Of a stretch of DNA of 64,000 nt, positions 9,591 to 18,124 are shown one piece after another (position 1 is the stretch's first letter; each line of letters opens with the position of its first letter). Where the stretch lies: NCBI GenBank assembly GCA_041659065.1, contig JBAZYY010000003.1, positions 20,696-84,695 on the forward strand, read 5' to 3'. The notes under the pieces were generated by a model. It had not been told where the DNA came from, searched no databases, and saw nothing but the letters and a program-made list of their open reading frames with translations. The DNA is from Parcubacteria group bacterium (GTDB lineage: Bacteria; Patescibacteriota; Minisyncoccia; Moranbacterales; UBA11712). Made by a program: the position numbers and the translations under genes.

Positions 9591-10553
9591 TTAGCCTTGT
9601 TTTAGGCCAAGCTTTCCTTGCCGGAAAAAATATTCATTTTCTTTTGAATTATTTTTTTCCACTATTTTTTGATAGTTCGCCAACAAAATATGCATCGCAT
9701 GTGCCAGTTTAATATAGACAGGAAGAGCTTCTAATTCTCTGGCGGTTAATTTTATTTTCTTTTGGTATTCTTTCAGCGCAAGTTTAAGGTTTTCTTCACT
9801 CTTTGATTTACTATCCTCATCAAAAAACAGATTGCAAGTCAAGACGGCAAGCTCTTGAACGCGAGGATAATAGCCTGATACTGAAAAATCAATAATCCAA
9901 ATCTTTCCATGCTTATCTTTCATTACATTTGGTTTGATGATATCTCCGTGAATAAAGCAGTGAGGCAGTTTTTCAATTTGCAACTTTTTAAATTCCTTCA
10001 TGAGCGGCGCCACTATTTTCAAATCTCCTGGTTTCAAGTATTTTCCCTTTTTCCTGAATTCTTTGGCGAAATTTATAATTGCCCAGGAATCATAAATAGA
10101 CTTTGGCTTTATTTTTAGGGAATTTATCAATGCGGCTTGCCGAGTTATAAACTTGATCTCATTCGGATTGACTTTCTGTTTCGAACGCAAAAAATCTTCT
10201 CCATCCACATATTCCATAACGCAAAGCCTTAATTTTGTATTATTTATTTTTACTTCATATAAATAACCTTGCTTGGATTTTAATAGCTTTGGAACGGCAA
10301 CGCCCTGATCAATAACTTTTGACATGATATCTATGATCCCGCTGCAATCCTTTTCAGTCCTAAAATTGGCAAATATTTTCACAAAATAGCTCGACCTGGT
10401 TGTTTTCAAAACGTAATTAAAATCTTCATAACCGACGGTTACCAACTTATTGGATACAAAATCACCAAGTTTAAAATTCTGGCAGATATCAAAAGACACA
10501 TCTTCCAATTTTCCTTTGTATCCAATTCTTTGAAAAAATTTCTCCGTATTCAT
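9591..10553 (-). CDS. aminoglycoside/choline-kinase-like phosphotransferase (APH family)
   Basis: Brenner motif HGDIIKPNVM and the IIDFS (DFG-equivalent) motif of the phosphotransferase enzyme family. Confidence 0.7.
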   Translation of the reverse strand: MNTEKFFQRIGYKGKLEDVSFDICQNFKLGDFVSNKLVTVGYEDFNYVLKTTRSSYFVKIFANFRTEKDCSGIIDIMSKVIDQGVAVPKLLKSKQGYLYEVKINNTKLRLCVMEYVDGEDFLRSKQKVNPNEIKFITRQAALINSLKIKPKSIYDSWAIINFAKEFRKKGKYLKPGDLKIVAPLMKEFKKLQIEKLPHCFIHGDIIKPNVMKDKHGKIWIIDFSVSGYYPRVQELAVLTCNLFFDEDSKSKSEENLKLALKEYQKKIKLTARELEALPVYIKLAHAMHILLANYQKIVEKNNSKENEYFFRQGKLGLKQG

Positions 10554-10591
10554 AATTTATTTCCTCTTCCAATCGCGGATTTTAAATCTAG

Positions 10592-11413
10592 CTATTCTTT
10601 TTTCTTGCACGTTATTATCGTATATGGAATTTTCCAAGCATAAGGATTGTCCTTCCTAGTCAGAACTTCGCCTAATCTTTCGACATGCTCGCTTATATAT
10701 TTTTTAGCCTCCGCAATGTCTGCTGGAGAAGCGTTCACGCGAGTTACAAAAAATTCATCAAATTTTTCATAAAGTTTCGGTCCAACGGAAATTCGTGAGA
10801 TTTCGTCAAAAATTTGCTCGTGCAAAGCGATGCCTTCTTCTTTTCCAGAAAAAGAAACTTTTCTATGGGCAAAACCAAAAATCCCGTTGAAAGCCTCGGC
10901 TTGCTCCTTGTCTTTGAATGATCCAAATTGGCTGACCAAAATTCCTCCTGGCTTGAGAACGCGATAGATTTGTCTGAGAATTGCAGCTTGATCTTTTCCT
11001 TCAACATATTGTAACACGCTTCGCAAAAGGACGATGTCGGCCGATTCATCAGGCAGCGGATTTTTCACCAAATCGCCTACGACCTTATCTGCCTGAACCG
11101 GACTTTTCTCCATCGCCACCTTGTTCATATCAACCATCACCAGTTTTGCCTTTTTGCTGCTTGCAATAAATTTTTCTCGAATGTAATTTCCCAATATTCC
11201 CTGACTTGATCCGGCATCAATAATAGTTGGGTTTTCTAATTCAAAAATTTCAGGCGGAATATTTTCCGCAAAAATTTCGCAGTTTTCCCTGCTGCTGAAG
11301 TAGCCATTATAGATCTTCTCCAGTGATTCGCCCTGACCACCCGCAGCCCGCTTGGCAGCTTCAATATCCTGCTCGACGGCTGAAAAATTATTTTCACCTG
11401 ATGATTCACTCAT
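10592..11413 (-). CDS. class I SAM-dependent methyltransferase
   Basis: Motif I IIDAGSSQGILG and a post-I acidic residue. The start was set at MSESSGENNF; the ORF's longer N-terminal extension is an out-of-frame read of the AbrB-like gene's 3' end. Confidence 0.7.
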   Translation of the reverse strand: MSESSGENNFSAVEQDIEAAKRAAGGQGESLEKIYNGYFSSRENCEIFAENIPPEIFELENPTIIDAGSSQGILGNYIREKFIASSKKAKLVMVDMNKVAMEKSPVQADKVVGDLVKNPLPDESADIVLLRSVLQYVEGKDQAAILRQIYRVLKPGGILVSQFGSFKDKEQAEAFNGIFGFAHRKVSFSGKEEGIALHEQIFDEISRISVGPKLYEKFDEFFVTRVNASPADIAEAKKYISEHVERLGEVLTRKDNPYAWKIPYTIITCKKKE

Positions 11414-11439
11414 ATTTTGTTCATTCTGACTTTCTTCTT

Positions 11440-11610
11440 TCACTTCTTCCGCCAATCGCTGATCTCTATTTTCCCGTTTCCTTTGTCCTTCACAACCAGC
11501 TTTTGTTTTTCCTTCCATTTGTATTTTTCCACGATTTCTTTTGGGATGGTCACCGAAAAACTATACGCGCTGGATTTTTTCAATTTGTGGACGCTTTTTC
11601 GCTCGGCCAT
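11440..11610 (-). CDS. AbrB/MazE/SpoVT-family small DNA-binding protein (56 aa; not in the ORF track)
   Basis: Manual translation gives MAERKSVHKLKKSSAYSFSVTIPKEIVEKYKWKEKQKLVVKDKGNGKIEISDWRKK*, which carries the swapped-hairpin SVTIPKEIV...KLVV signature. It sits 26 nt upstream of the methyltransferase start. Confidence 0.6.
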   Translation of the reverse strand: MAERKSVHKLKKSSAYSFSVTIPKEIVEKYKWKEKQKLVVKDKGNGKIEISDWRKK

Positions 11611-11621
11611 TGTAATATATT

Positions 11622-12410
11622 TTAATTTTTACGGGCAAATATGGCACCGGACACATGGGTTTCTTTGAATTTGTCTTCAGGATTTATTTTTAGTAGTTCT
11701 TGAATCAATTCTTTTTCAAAATTTGCTGCTTTATTTCCGAACAATTTTTTTGCGGCATAAGAAGTGGTATATTGCTGTTTGATGATATCCTGGCTGGAAA
11801 TTATTTGAACGGCTGAGGGATATTTCAGATATTCTATATTCTTGAATCCAGCCTTTTTCAGAATATCCTCGTGTTTTCCGGGAGGTTCAGTATATAATCC
11901 ATTGCCCGCTCTACGCTCCTCGCCCAGATATTTTTTGATAATTTCCAGGACCTTATTTTTCCAGATATTTCGTTGCTTTTTCCAAATACTGTACCCGGTC
12001 CACGCGACAACAATGCCGCCATCGTCCAATAAAATTATATTGGCAAGATTTGCAAATTTTTCCCGGTTTATCCAATGAAAAGAAGCGCCAAAAGTTATGA
12101 GCTTGAATGAGCCGATTGTATCATCCAAATCATCCGCGGATTTGTTTATCCATTTGATATTTTGTATGCCCGCTTCTTTCGCCATCCTCTTTCCCTTTTT
12201 GATCATTCCTGAATCAATATCTACAGCAATAACTTCTTCGAAATATTTGCTCAAAGGAACAGTGAGGACTCCCGGACCGCAGCCGATATCCAACAATCTT
12301 CCTCTGCCGTCCAGATGAAATTTATCAACAATATCCGAGAACATTTTATCAGGATAGGACGGGCGATATTGGGCATAATATTCAGATGTCCCTTCAAAAA
12401 GAGTTTTCAT
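11622..12410 (-). CDS. class I SAM-dependent methyltransferase
   Basis: Motif I LLDIGCGPGVLT, then EVIAVDID, then ITFGASFHW. Confidence 0.75.
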   Translation of the reverse strand: MKTLFEGTSEYYAQYRPSYPDKMFSDIVDKFHLDGRGRLLDIGCGPGVLTVPLSKYFEEVIAVDIDSGMIKKGKRMAKEAGIQNIKWINKSADDLDDTIGSFKLITFGASFHWINREKFANLANIILLDDGGIVVAWTGYSIWKKQRNIWKNKVLEIIKKYLGEERRAGNGLYTEPPGKHEDILKKAGFKNIEYLKYPSAVQIISSQDIIKQQYTTSYAAKKLFGNKAANFEKELIQELLKINPEDKFKETHVSGAIFARKN

Positions 12411-12454
12411 ATCAAAAGTTTATATTATTTTCGAGATCAATATTACTGGATTTT

Positions 12455-12490
12455 TAGAGGCCTCTATAAAAGCTTCTATTTTTATTTTAA
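12455..12490 (+). repeat. twin-palindrome intergenic repeat, copy 2
   Basis: TAGAGGCCTCTATAAAAGCTTCTAttttt. Confidence 0.7.
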
Positions 12491-12521
12491 CAGACCCGCA
12501 AAAAAAGAAAAACAGACATGT

Positions 12522-13025
12522 TTAATTGAAAGATCTAAAACTTTTATGATGTCCCTCAAAGTCAATTTTGGTAGGAGCATTTACCTGTCTAGTTGAAAAA
12601 TAAATAGAATACAATAAGGCAGCTAATGTGATTACAAGAGTGAAATATGCAACCCATAGAGTTTTATTTGCAATTATGATAGCTTTCCGAGACAAGTTTT
12701 GTGCCAAAATTGTATCCTCTTTAGCTTGCCGGAGCTCTTCATATTCAAAATACTGAATATAGGCTTGATAGCTTAATGTATATTTACTCTCATCAGCATT
12801 CTGATTTCCCAATTGTTCAAGTAAAGTATACGGGGTTTCACGATTTAATCCTCTTGTGAAATTATCAAAAGCATCATTAAGAAATTTTTTCACTATTTCC
12901 CATTCCCTTTCCCGTCTACTGTAATGCGTTTCTATGTCTTTATATATGAAACCATTTGGACGCTCATACCCGTATCGAACTGCCCTTACATGAATCCCAT
13001 CCCCATCTTTGTTTTCACTACTCAT
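12522..13025 (-). CDS. hypothetical protein with C-terminal TM helix
   Basis: ORF with one strong C-terminal hydrophobic helix; its start is preceded by the TTAGCG-N3-CGCTAA palindrome. Confidence 0.4.
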   Translation of the reverse strand: MSSENKDGDGIHVRAVRYGYERPNGFIYKDIETHYSRREREWEIVKKFLNDAFDNFTRGLNRETPYTLLEQLGNQNADESKYTLSYQAYIQYFEYEELRQAKEDTILAQNLSRKAIIIANKTLWVAYFTLVITLAALLYSIYFSTRQVNAPTKIDFEGHHKSFRSFN

Positions 13026-13086
13026 GATTTTAAACTATAAGTGCTTAGCGCTTCGCTAATTTCTATTACAGTTAATTCAAAAATTA

Positions 13087-14046
13087 CTACTGACTATTCG
13101 ATCCTAATACTACGGTCGTAGATCTCAAAGGCTTTGGAATAGGGAAAATATTTAACTTAAATAAATGGTTCAGCAATAAATACCTTGCGACATCTTCCAT
13201 CTGAATTACCAGAGAAAGTAACGCAACAGGATCATGCTTATAATTTTTTTTGGTCTTGTCCAAATCATAAATGATCGTTTCTCCGGGAACAGTTTCTATG
13301 TGATTTTTTGCAGTTGGTATAAGGCTTTCGTGTACTGTTTTATGTCGAATGCGTTTGTTGACTGTTTCGATAATTTCTCCGTATGCATTTTGAGCATCTG
13401 GGTTGCCTGGTATTAGTTCGGTAAGCCTATGGTTTCTCCAATCGGATGGAGACACTGAATGATGCTGTAAACCAGCTCTTTTGCATCCATCACAATAAAA
13501 TAATTTATCGCAAAATGGCTGTGTCCCTATTAACTTATCTATTATTGAATAATAAATCATTAGCTGCCAATACGATGTGTCGGTTATTAATTTATTCGGA
13601 TAAGTAGTACCTTTATTTAGACGGGTCAAATAATTTATTACCAATTCAATTTCATCCGTTTTTAATTCTAGAAAAGTGGCATAGAGTTTTTGATAACTTT
13701 TTACTGTTTTTTCAGCACTATTTTTTTGAAAAAAATACACGTAAGGCAATACATCATCATAATCAATAGCGCATATGAGTTTCTCCTTAATAAATTCTAA
13801 ATTTCCAGTTCCATTTTTTTCAAACTCACTTAGAGTATAATGGGAATTTAAAACAAATGTATGAAAAATAATCCAATTTTTTAATATCTCGTTATTTTTA
13901 TAGTTTTTTGCGGTGATTGTATCAGTATAATATTTTCCTCCAACACCAATTCTTACACAGGCTCTTTTATGTGGTTCGATAATTAATCCATCTGCCAGAA
14001 GTATTTTATTTTTAGGTGAAAAATTAGTTGGAAAAATCATAACCAT
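13087..14046 (-). CDS. hypothetical protein (319 aa), possibly Abi-like
   Basis: No confident motif. Contains a C-x2-C-x...H pattern (CDGCKRAGLQHHS). Confidence 0.4.
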   Translation of the reverse strand: MVMIFPTNFSPKNKILLADGLIIEPHKRACVRIGVGGKYYTDTITAKNYKNNEILKNWIIFHTFVLNSHYTLSEFEKNGTGNLEFIKEKLICAIDYDDVLPYVYFFQKNSAEKTVKSYQKLYATFLELKTDEIELVINYLTRLNKGTTYPNKLITDTSYWQLMIYYSIIDKLIGTQPFCDKLFYCDGCKRAGLQHHSVSPSDWRNHRLTELIPGNPDAQNAYGEIIETVNKRIRHKTVHESLIPTAKNHIETVPGETIIYDLDKTKKNYKHDPVALLSLVIQMEDVARYLLLNHLFKLNIFPIPKPLRSTTVVLGSNSQ

Positions 14047-14076
14047 TATTGATTATATAAAGTTTTGAAATAGTAG

Positions 14077-14125
14077 TCTCTATAGAGGCTTCCATCTCTT
14101 CTCTAATCCTATCACTTCTATACCT
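14077..14125 (+). repeat. twin-palindrome intergenic repeat, copy 3 (degenerate)
   Basis: tctctatagaggcttccatctcttctctAATCCTATCACttct. Confidence 0.55.
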
Positions 14126-15056
14126 ACTGGCAATCCGCATCACAGGCGATGCCGTCGTGATCGGCGTCTCTTCTTGTGCATCCGCAAGTGTTGAGCTGGT
14201 ATTGCGCTTCGGCGCAGCCCATTTGCGGACAAGTCTTGCCGCAGTTGCAGGTATAAGTTCCGGTTGTGTTTGGAGTCGTCAGTTGAACGGGCAAAGCGAT
14301 TGGCGCCGGGGTCGGAGCAACGGAAACCGGGGGAGCGGGGGAAGGGGACTGGGTTTCGGTTTGGCAGGCGCCTTCGGCCCACAAGCCCCGCTTGTTATTT
14401 TTCGCTTCTTCTTCGGCAAGTTTCAATTGATCTTGAAATTTCGTGTCCGGGGGATAATTCGCGGATTTCGCAAAACCATTTCGCACGAGATAGTCATTCA
14501 CGAAAGTATCGCCGTTATAGGCATAGCGGAGGAGGCGGCCGTATTTGTCCGTTTCGGAAACATCTTTCACAAGCCGCACTTCTTTGCCTTCGACAAGCTG
14601 CCTGTTCTTTGTGCTGGCTTCTTTTTCAAAACAGGGCGCCGGATTGGCGGAGCCGGCCGCTTCGGGTGCGTCTATTCCGATATATCTCACCACTTGACCG
14701 CTTTCGAGTTTGATCGTGTCGCCGTCGACGACGCGAGCCACTTTGAATGTTTCTTCTTGGGGTGGCTGTTGCTCCGTTTGCTCCGGCTCTTTGTTTTTAT
14801 GTCTTTCGGCTTCCAGTTGGTTCTTGAGCTCTTCCACTTGGGAATTGAGAGCGGCCGTTTCACTTGGCTTTTTGTCGGCGTGTCCTCCGGAGGAAAGAAG
14901 AAAAACAAAAACAACCACGACAGCGGCGGTTGCGATCCATTTATTCCTCTTTTTCCAGTCAGTTCTTTGCCAGACGACCCAAATCAACGTGATCGGCAGA
15001 AAAATGACCATGATGATTGCTTTCAAGATGGCGAGAAGATCGATTTTTTGAGCCAT
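14124..15056 (-). CDS. membrane-anchored thermonuclease (SNase-like) with C-terminal Excalibur Ca-binding/Cys-rich domain
   Basis: An N-terminal TM helix, then an SNase fold (VVDGDTIKL ... VRYIGIDAPE ... YGRLLRYAY), then a Pro-rich linker, then DADHDGIACDADC (Excalibur-like DxDxDGxxCE). The segment is strongly GC-enriched. Confidence 0.7.
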   Translation of the reverse strand: MAQKIDLLAILKAIIMVIFLPITLIWVVWQRTDWKKRNKWIATAAVVVVFVFLLSSGGHADKKPSETAALNSQVEELKNQLEAERHKNKEPEQTEQQPPQEETFKVARVVDGDTIKLESGQVVRYIGIDAPEAAGSANPAPCFEKEASTKNRQLVEGKEVRLVKDVSETDKYGRLLRYAYNGDTFVNDYLVRNGFAKSANYPPDTKFQDQLKLAEEEAKNNKRGLWAEGACQTETQSPSPAPPVSVAPTPAPIALPVQLTTPNTTGTYTCNCGKTCPQMGCAEAQYQLNTCGCTRRDADHDGIACDADCQ

Positions 15057-15153
15057 AGGCTTGTTTTAATTCTATGTCGAGGATAATCCTTTTTGGCTTA
15101 AAAATCAAGTATTGTTTCAAAGATTAAGAGCCAGCATGTTTCGGCAAGAAAAA

Positions 15154-15207
15154 TAGAGGCCTCTATAGAAGCTTCTATTTTTTAATCCTATCGCTCCTGT
15201 TTTTTTA
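15154..15207 (+). repeat. twin-palindrome intergenic repeat, copy 4
   Basis: TAGAGGCCTCTATAGAAGCTTCTAttttttAATCCTATCGCTCCTGttttttt. Confidence 0.75.
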
Positions 15208-15352
15208 AGCTACGGAAAAAAATAAAAAAGGCGGCCTCCATAGGGGAGCGCGTCGCTCTTTCTGTTCGAGCCAGCGACCCGGAGATGCCCGAACCGACGG
15301 GAGCAAACGCCTTAGTTTCTCGCACCTTGCGGACTATTTTTTCTGATGGTCG

Positions 15353-16438
15353 CTAAGATTCAAGAAATATGTCTTGATTTCGAGGATTTATTCCTTCTAC
15401 TCTCTCTACCATAAACTTTACCGCTTCATTCATATTCGCAGTCTGTAATTTTATTTTCGGATATTTATTGTGAAAAACACGAAATATTTCATCAGCAAAC
15501 GCCTGACCAACGACAGGAACCTTATCAAAATCGAAAACAATAAACCGAAATTTTTCCAATCCAACCAAAACTCTTCTGGCCTGTGAGCGAGAAATATGCA
15601 CACCTCCTAAGGCATAAAGCTTGATCTTGATTTCCGTTTTATCAAAACCATAGTTGCTTTTTTCGTCAATATTAGCATAGCGCTTGAAAACGTCATTAAG
15701 ATGGCCCTTTGATTCTACTGAAATATTGAATATGACTTTAGTGCCATTTTTTCGTTTTCCCTTGCCTTTTATCTCTTGTAAAAAAACATCTTTCACTTTG
15801 TTGTTTACTATCAGTCTGTAGCCATAGCTATCCAAAATGAATTCGTCGCCGACTTTTGATGTAAAAAATATACCTTCACCTGAATGAGATTTGGGTAAAG
15901 TGGTTGTTTTTCCTTTCAGGAGATCCTGGATAGCCTCCAACTCTGATTTGAGACCTTTTTTCTGCATGATATTTCGAAATACGCCCACACCGAAATCATT
16001 CACAATGAACGAAAGATGCTTTTCTTTGACGGACACCTCTACGGAAATCTTCGATGATCCGGAATGCTCAATGGCGTTATTCAGCATTTCAGAAAAAGCA
16101 TAGATGAAAATACTCCTCACATTTTCACCCAGTTTCAATACCACTGGAAATCTGGCTTCTATCTCATCCAGGACTTTGTGCTCTTCCAAATTATCGTTAG
16201 GAAATGTTTTAACAAACTTTGCAGGAAAAATCTCCAAATGTTGGGAAGCGTATTCGGGAAGAGTATACTGCGCGTTTCTGGTTGAACCTATTTTAGTAAG
16301 TTTTCCGTCCGAAACAAGCTCCGAAATTATGCTGCTTGCATATTGCCGTGAAACGCCAAGAAGCTTGGCGATATCAACCGTCTTTATGGACCTGCCTCGT
16401 TTTTTCGCCAGTTCAAGAATTTTTTTTCTCGTATCCAT
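15353..16438 (-). CDS. HTH + HATPase_c-like + STAS-like (DUF4325-type) regulatory protein
   Basis: N-terminal winged HTH (TVDIAKLLGVSRQYASSIISEL), a central GHKL-type ATPase N-box (NAIEHSG), and a C-terminal STAS-like segment. Confidence 0.55.
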   Translation of the reverse strand: MDTRKKILELAKKRGRSIKTVDIAKLLGVSRQYASSIISELVSDGKLTKIGSTRNAQYTLPEYASQHLEIFPAKFVKTFPNDNLEEHKVLDEIEARFPVVLKLGENVRSIFIYAFSEMLNNAIEHSGSSKISVEVSVKEKHLSFIVNDFGVGVFRNIMQKKGLKSELEAIQDLLKGKTTTLPKSHSGEGIFFTSKVGDEFILDSYGYRLIVNNKVKDVFLQEIKGKGKRKNGTKVIFNISVESKGHLNDVFKRYANIDEKSNYGFDKTEIKIKLYALGGVHISRSQARRVLVGLEKFRFIVFDFDKVPVVGQAFADEIFRVFHNKYPKIKLQTANMNEAVKFMVERVEGINPRNQDIFLES

Positions 16439-16605
16439 ATTTGTAAACTAATTGTAATCTATACAAAATTAATTGTCAAGCAATTGTCAAGTCAATACAA
16501 CAAAATTAGGTTTATACAAGCCTTAAAATAAACTTACTCACGAGACAGAAAATCAAACGTTGCTTCGCAAAGGTCGAGTTCGGTGAGGATTCTGCCTTTC
16601 TTTTT

Positions 16606-16672
16606 GAGGCCTTTATAGAAGCTTCTATTTTTTATCCTATCATTCCTGCTTTTGGGCAAGGCTGAGATGGGA
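16606..16672 (+). repeat. twin-palindrome intergenic repeat, copy 5
   Basis: GAGGCCTtTATAGAAGCTTCTAttttttATCCTATCATTCCTGcttttgggCAAGGCTGAGATGGGA. Confidence 0.7.
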
Positions 16673-16708
16673 TTTTGCAATCGAAAAACGGAGATATGAG
16701 ATGAAACT

Positions 16709-18004
16709 TCAAATCATCTTTTTATCTTCGCTCAAGGCTATTTCTGCGTCGAGAGTGACTACTTCGACTGCGGCGAGCGAGCGTTTCTGATTGCGCATGA
16801 CCATGATTCCCAATGCCGCAGCAACGATCGCAGCCAATCCTCCGACACCCAAACTCCAACGCGGACCAGCATGTTCACCAACCCAGCCGATTAACGGACC
16901 GCCGATTGCCGTGGATCCGAGATAAGACATTGACCAGAGAACCATAACCCGTCCGCGCAGCTGTGGGTCGCTGTTTAGTTGCAAGGTTGAATTGGCGAGA
17001 GTTGCAAACCAAATGGAACATGCCCCGACCAGCACCATGACACCTACCGCAAGAAACAAAGTTGGCATCAGAGATATCAGAATGACAGAGCAGCCAAACA
17101 CGAACGCGGCTATGGCTAGCGTATCCGATCCCTTAATTTTTCGACTGGCATGAAAAAGTCCTCCCAAAACAGAGCCGAGCCCTAGGGCTCCTGTCAGTGC
17201 AGCGTAGCTGCTGGGGCTGCCGTGAAATGAGGTCTTGGCAAGCAGCGCCAAGCTAACCGGAAATTCATACGTGAGCGTGCCAATTATCGCGATCATAACG
17301 ATTGTGCCGGCGAGGATAGGTTTTGATAAAACGTGGCGAAAGCCCTCCCAAATCATTCCTTTTGATTTTGGAAGCGGTGAACCTTTGTGAAGTTCATCCT
17401 TGTTTATGAGAGAGAGGGCAATGATTATCACGATATAGGAAGCACCATTGAGAATAAAACAGGGAGCGAACCCAGTTGTTGCGATTAAAATGCCTGCCAC
17501 TGCCGGCCCCGCAACTCTGGACAAATTTAGCATACTTGCGTTGAGCGTAATAGCATTCTTTATTTTATGCCCCTCGACCATTTCTGGAATAAAAGCATAA
17601 TAAGCTGGGCTGTCAATAAGGCTTATGATTCCTGTGGCGAGACTCAAAAGAAAAATCATCCAAACTTGGATGATCCCAGTCAAGACCAGGATGCCAAGCG
17701 AAAAAGCCAGGATACCAAAGGCTGATTTGGTCATGATCAGGAGGGCACGCTTGGAAAATCGATCTGCAACCATGCCGCCCCAAGGTCCCAACAGTAATAT
17801 GGGCAAATATTGCAAGGATACGGCGACTCCCAAAGCGGTGCCTGAGTTGGTCATTTTCAAGACCAGCCAAGCAAGAGCAATTCCCTGCATGAAGGTACCT
17901 GCCATTGAAATGCTCTGGCCGATAAAATACAAACGAAAATTACGGGTTGCAAGCGAAGAAAAAGTATCTTGGCTGAATTTTTTTATTTTTGCTTTCATAA
18001 CCAT
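16709..18004 (-). CDS. MFS transporter
   Basis: Twelve TM helices with the MFS motif A (GPWGGMVADRFSKR). Confidence 0.8.
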   Translation of the reverse strand: MVMKAKIKKFSQDTFSSLATRNFRLYFIGQSISMAGTFMQGIALAWLVLKMTNSGTALGVAVSLQYLPILLLGPWGGMVADRFSKRALLIMTKSAFGILAFSLGILVLTGIIQVWMIFLLSLATGIISLIDSPAYYAFIPEMVEGHKIKNAITLNASMLNLSRVAGPAVAGILIATTGFAPCFILNGASYIVIIIALSLINKDELHKGSPLPKSKGMIWEGFRHVLSKPILAGTIVMIAIIGTLTYEFPVSLALLAKTSFHGSPSSYAALTGALGLGSVLGGLFHASRKIKGSDTLAIAAFVFGCSVILISLMPTLFLAVGVMVLVGACSIWFATLANSTLQLNSDPQLRGRVMVLWSMSYLGSTAIGGPLIGWVGEHAGPRWSLGVGGLAAIVAAALGIMVMRNQKRSLAAVEVVTLDAEIALSEDKKMI

Positions 18005-18060
18005 CCAAGGTATTATTTCTAGCGCTTCGCTAAGGTTCGACCTTAGCGATAATCAGTATG

Positions 18061-18100
18061 CTCTATAGAAGCCTCTATTTCTTTTTTTATCTCGTCACCC
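18061..18100 (+). repeat. twin-palindrome intergenic repeat, copy 6 (degenerate)
   Basis: ctcTATAGAAGCCTCTAtttctttttttatctcgtcaccc. Confidence 0.5.
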
Positions 18101-18124
18101 TTGCTCTAGGAGAAAAGCAAAGAC

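Noticed and set aside
10592-11518. ORF-track N-terminal extensions of the SAM-methyltransferase (MEGKTKAGCEGQRKRENRDQRLAEEV...) and of the VOC gene (6920..7402, non-ATG start)
   Set aside because: The extension is an out-of-frame read-through of the AbrB-like gene's 3' end and its repeat. The conserved methyltransferase and glyoxalase folds begin at the internal Met residues (11413 and 7369).
14157-15086. 309-aa and 149-aa plus-strand ORFs overlapping the thermonuclease gene
   Set aside because: These are an artefact of the locally high GC, which leaves few stop codons in antisense frames. The minus-strand frame has clear SNase and Excalibur motifs.
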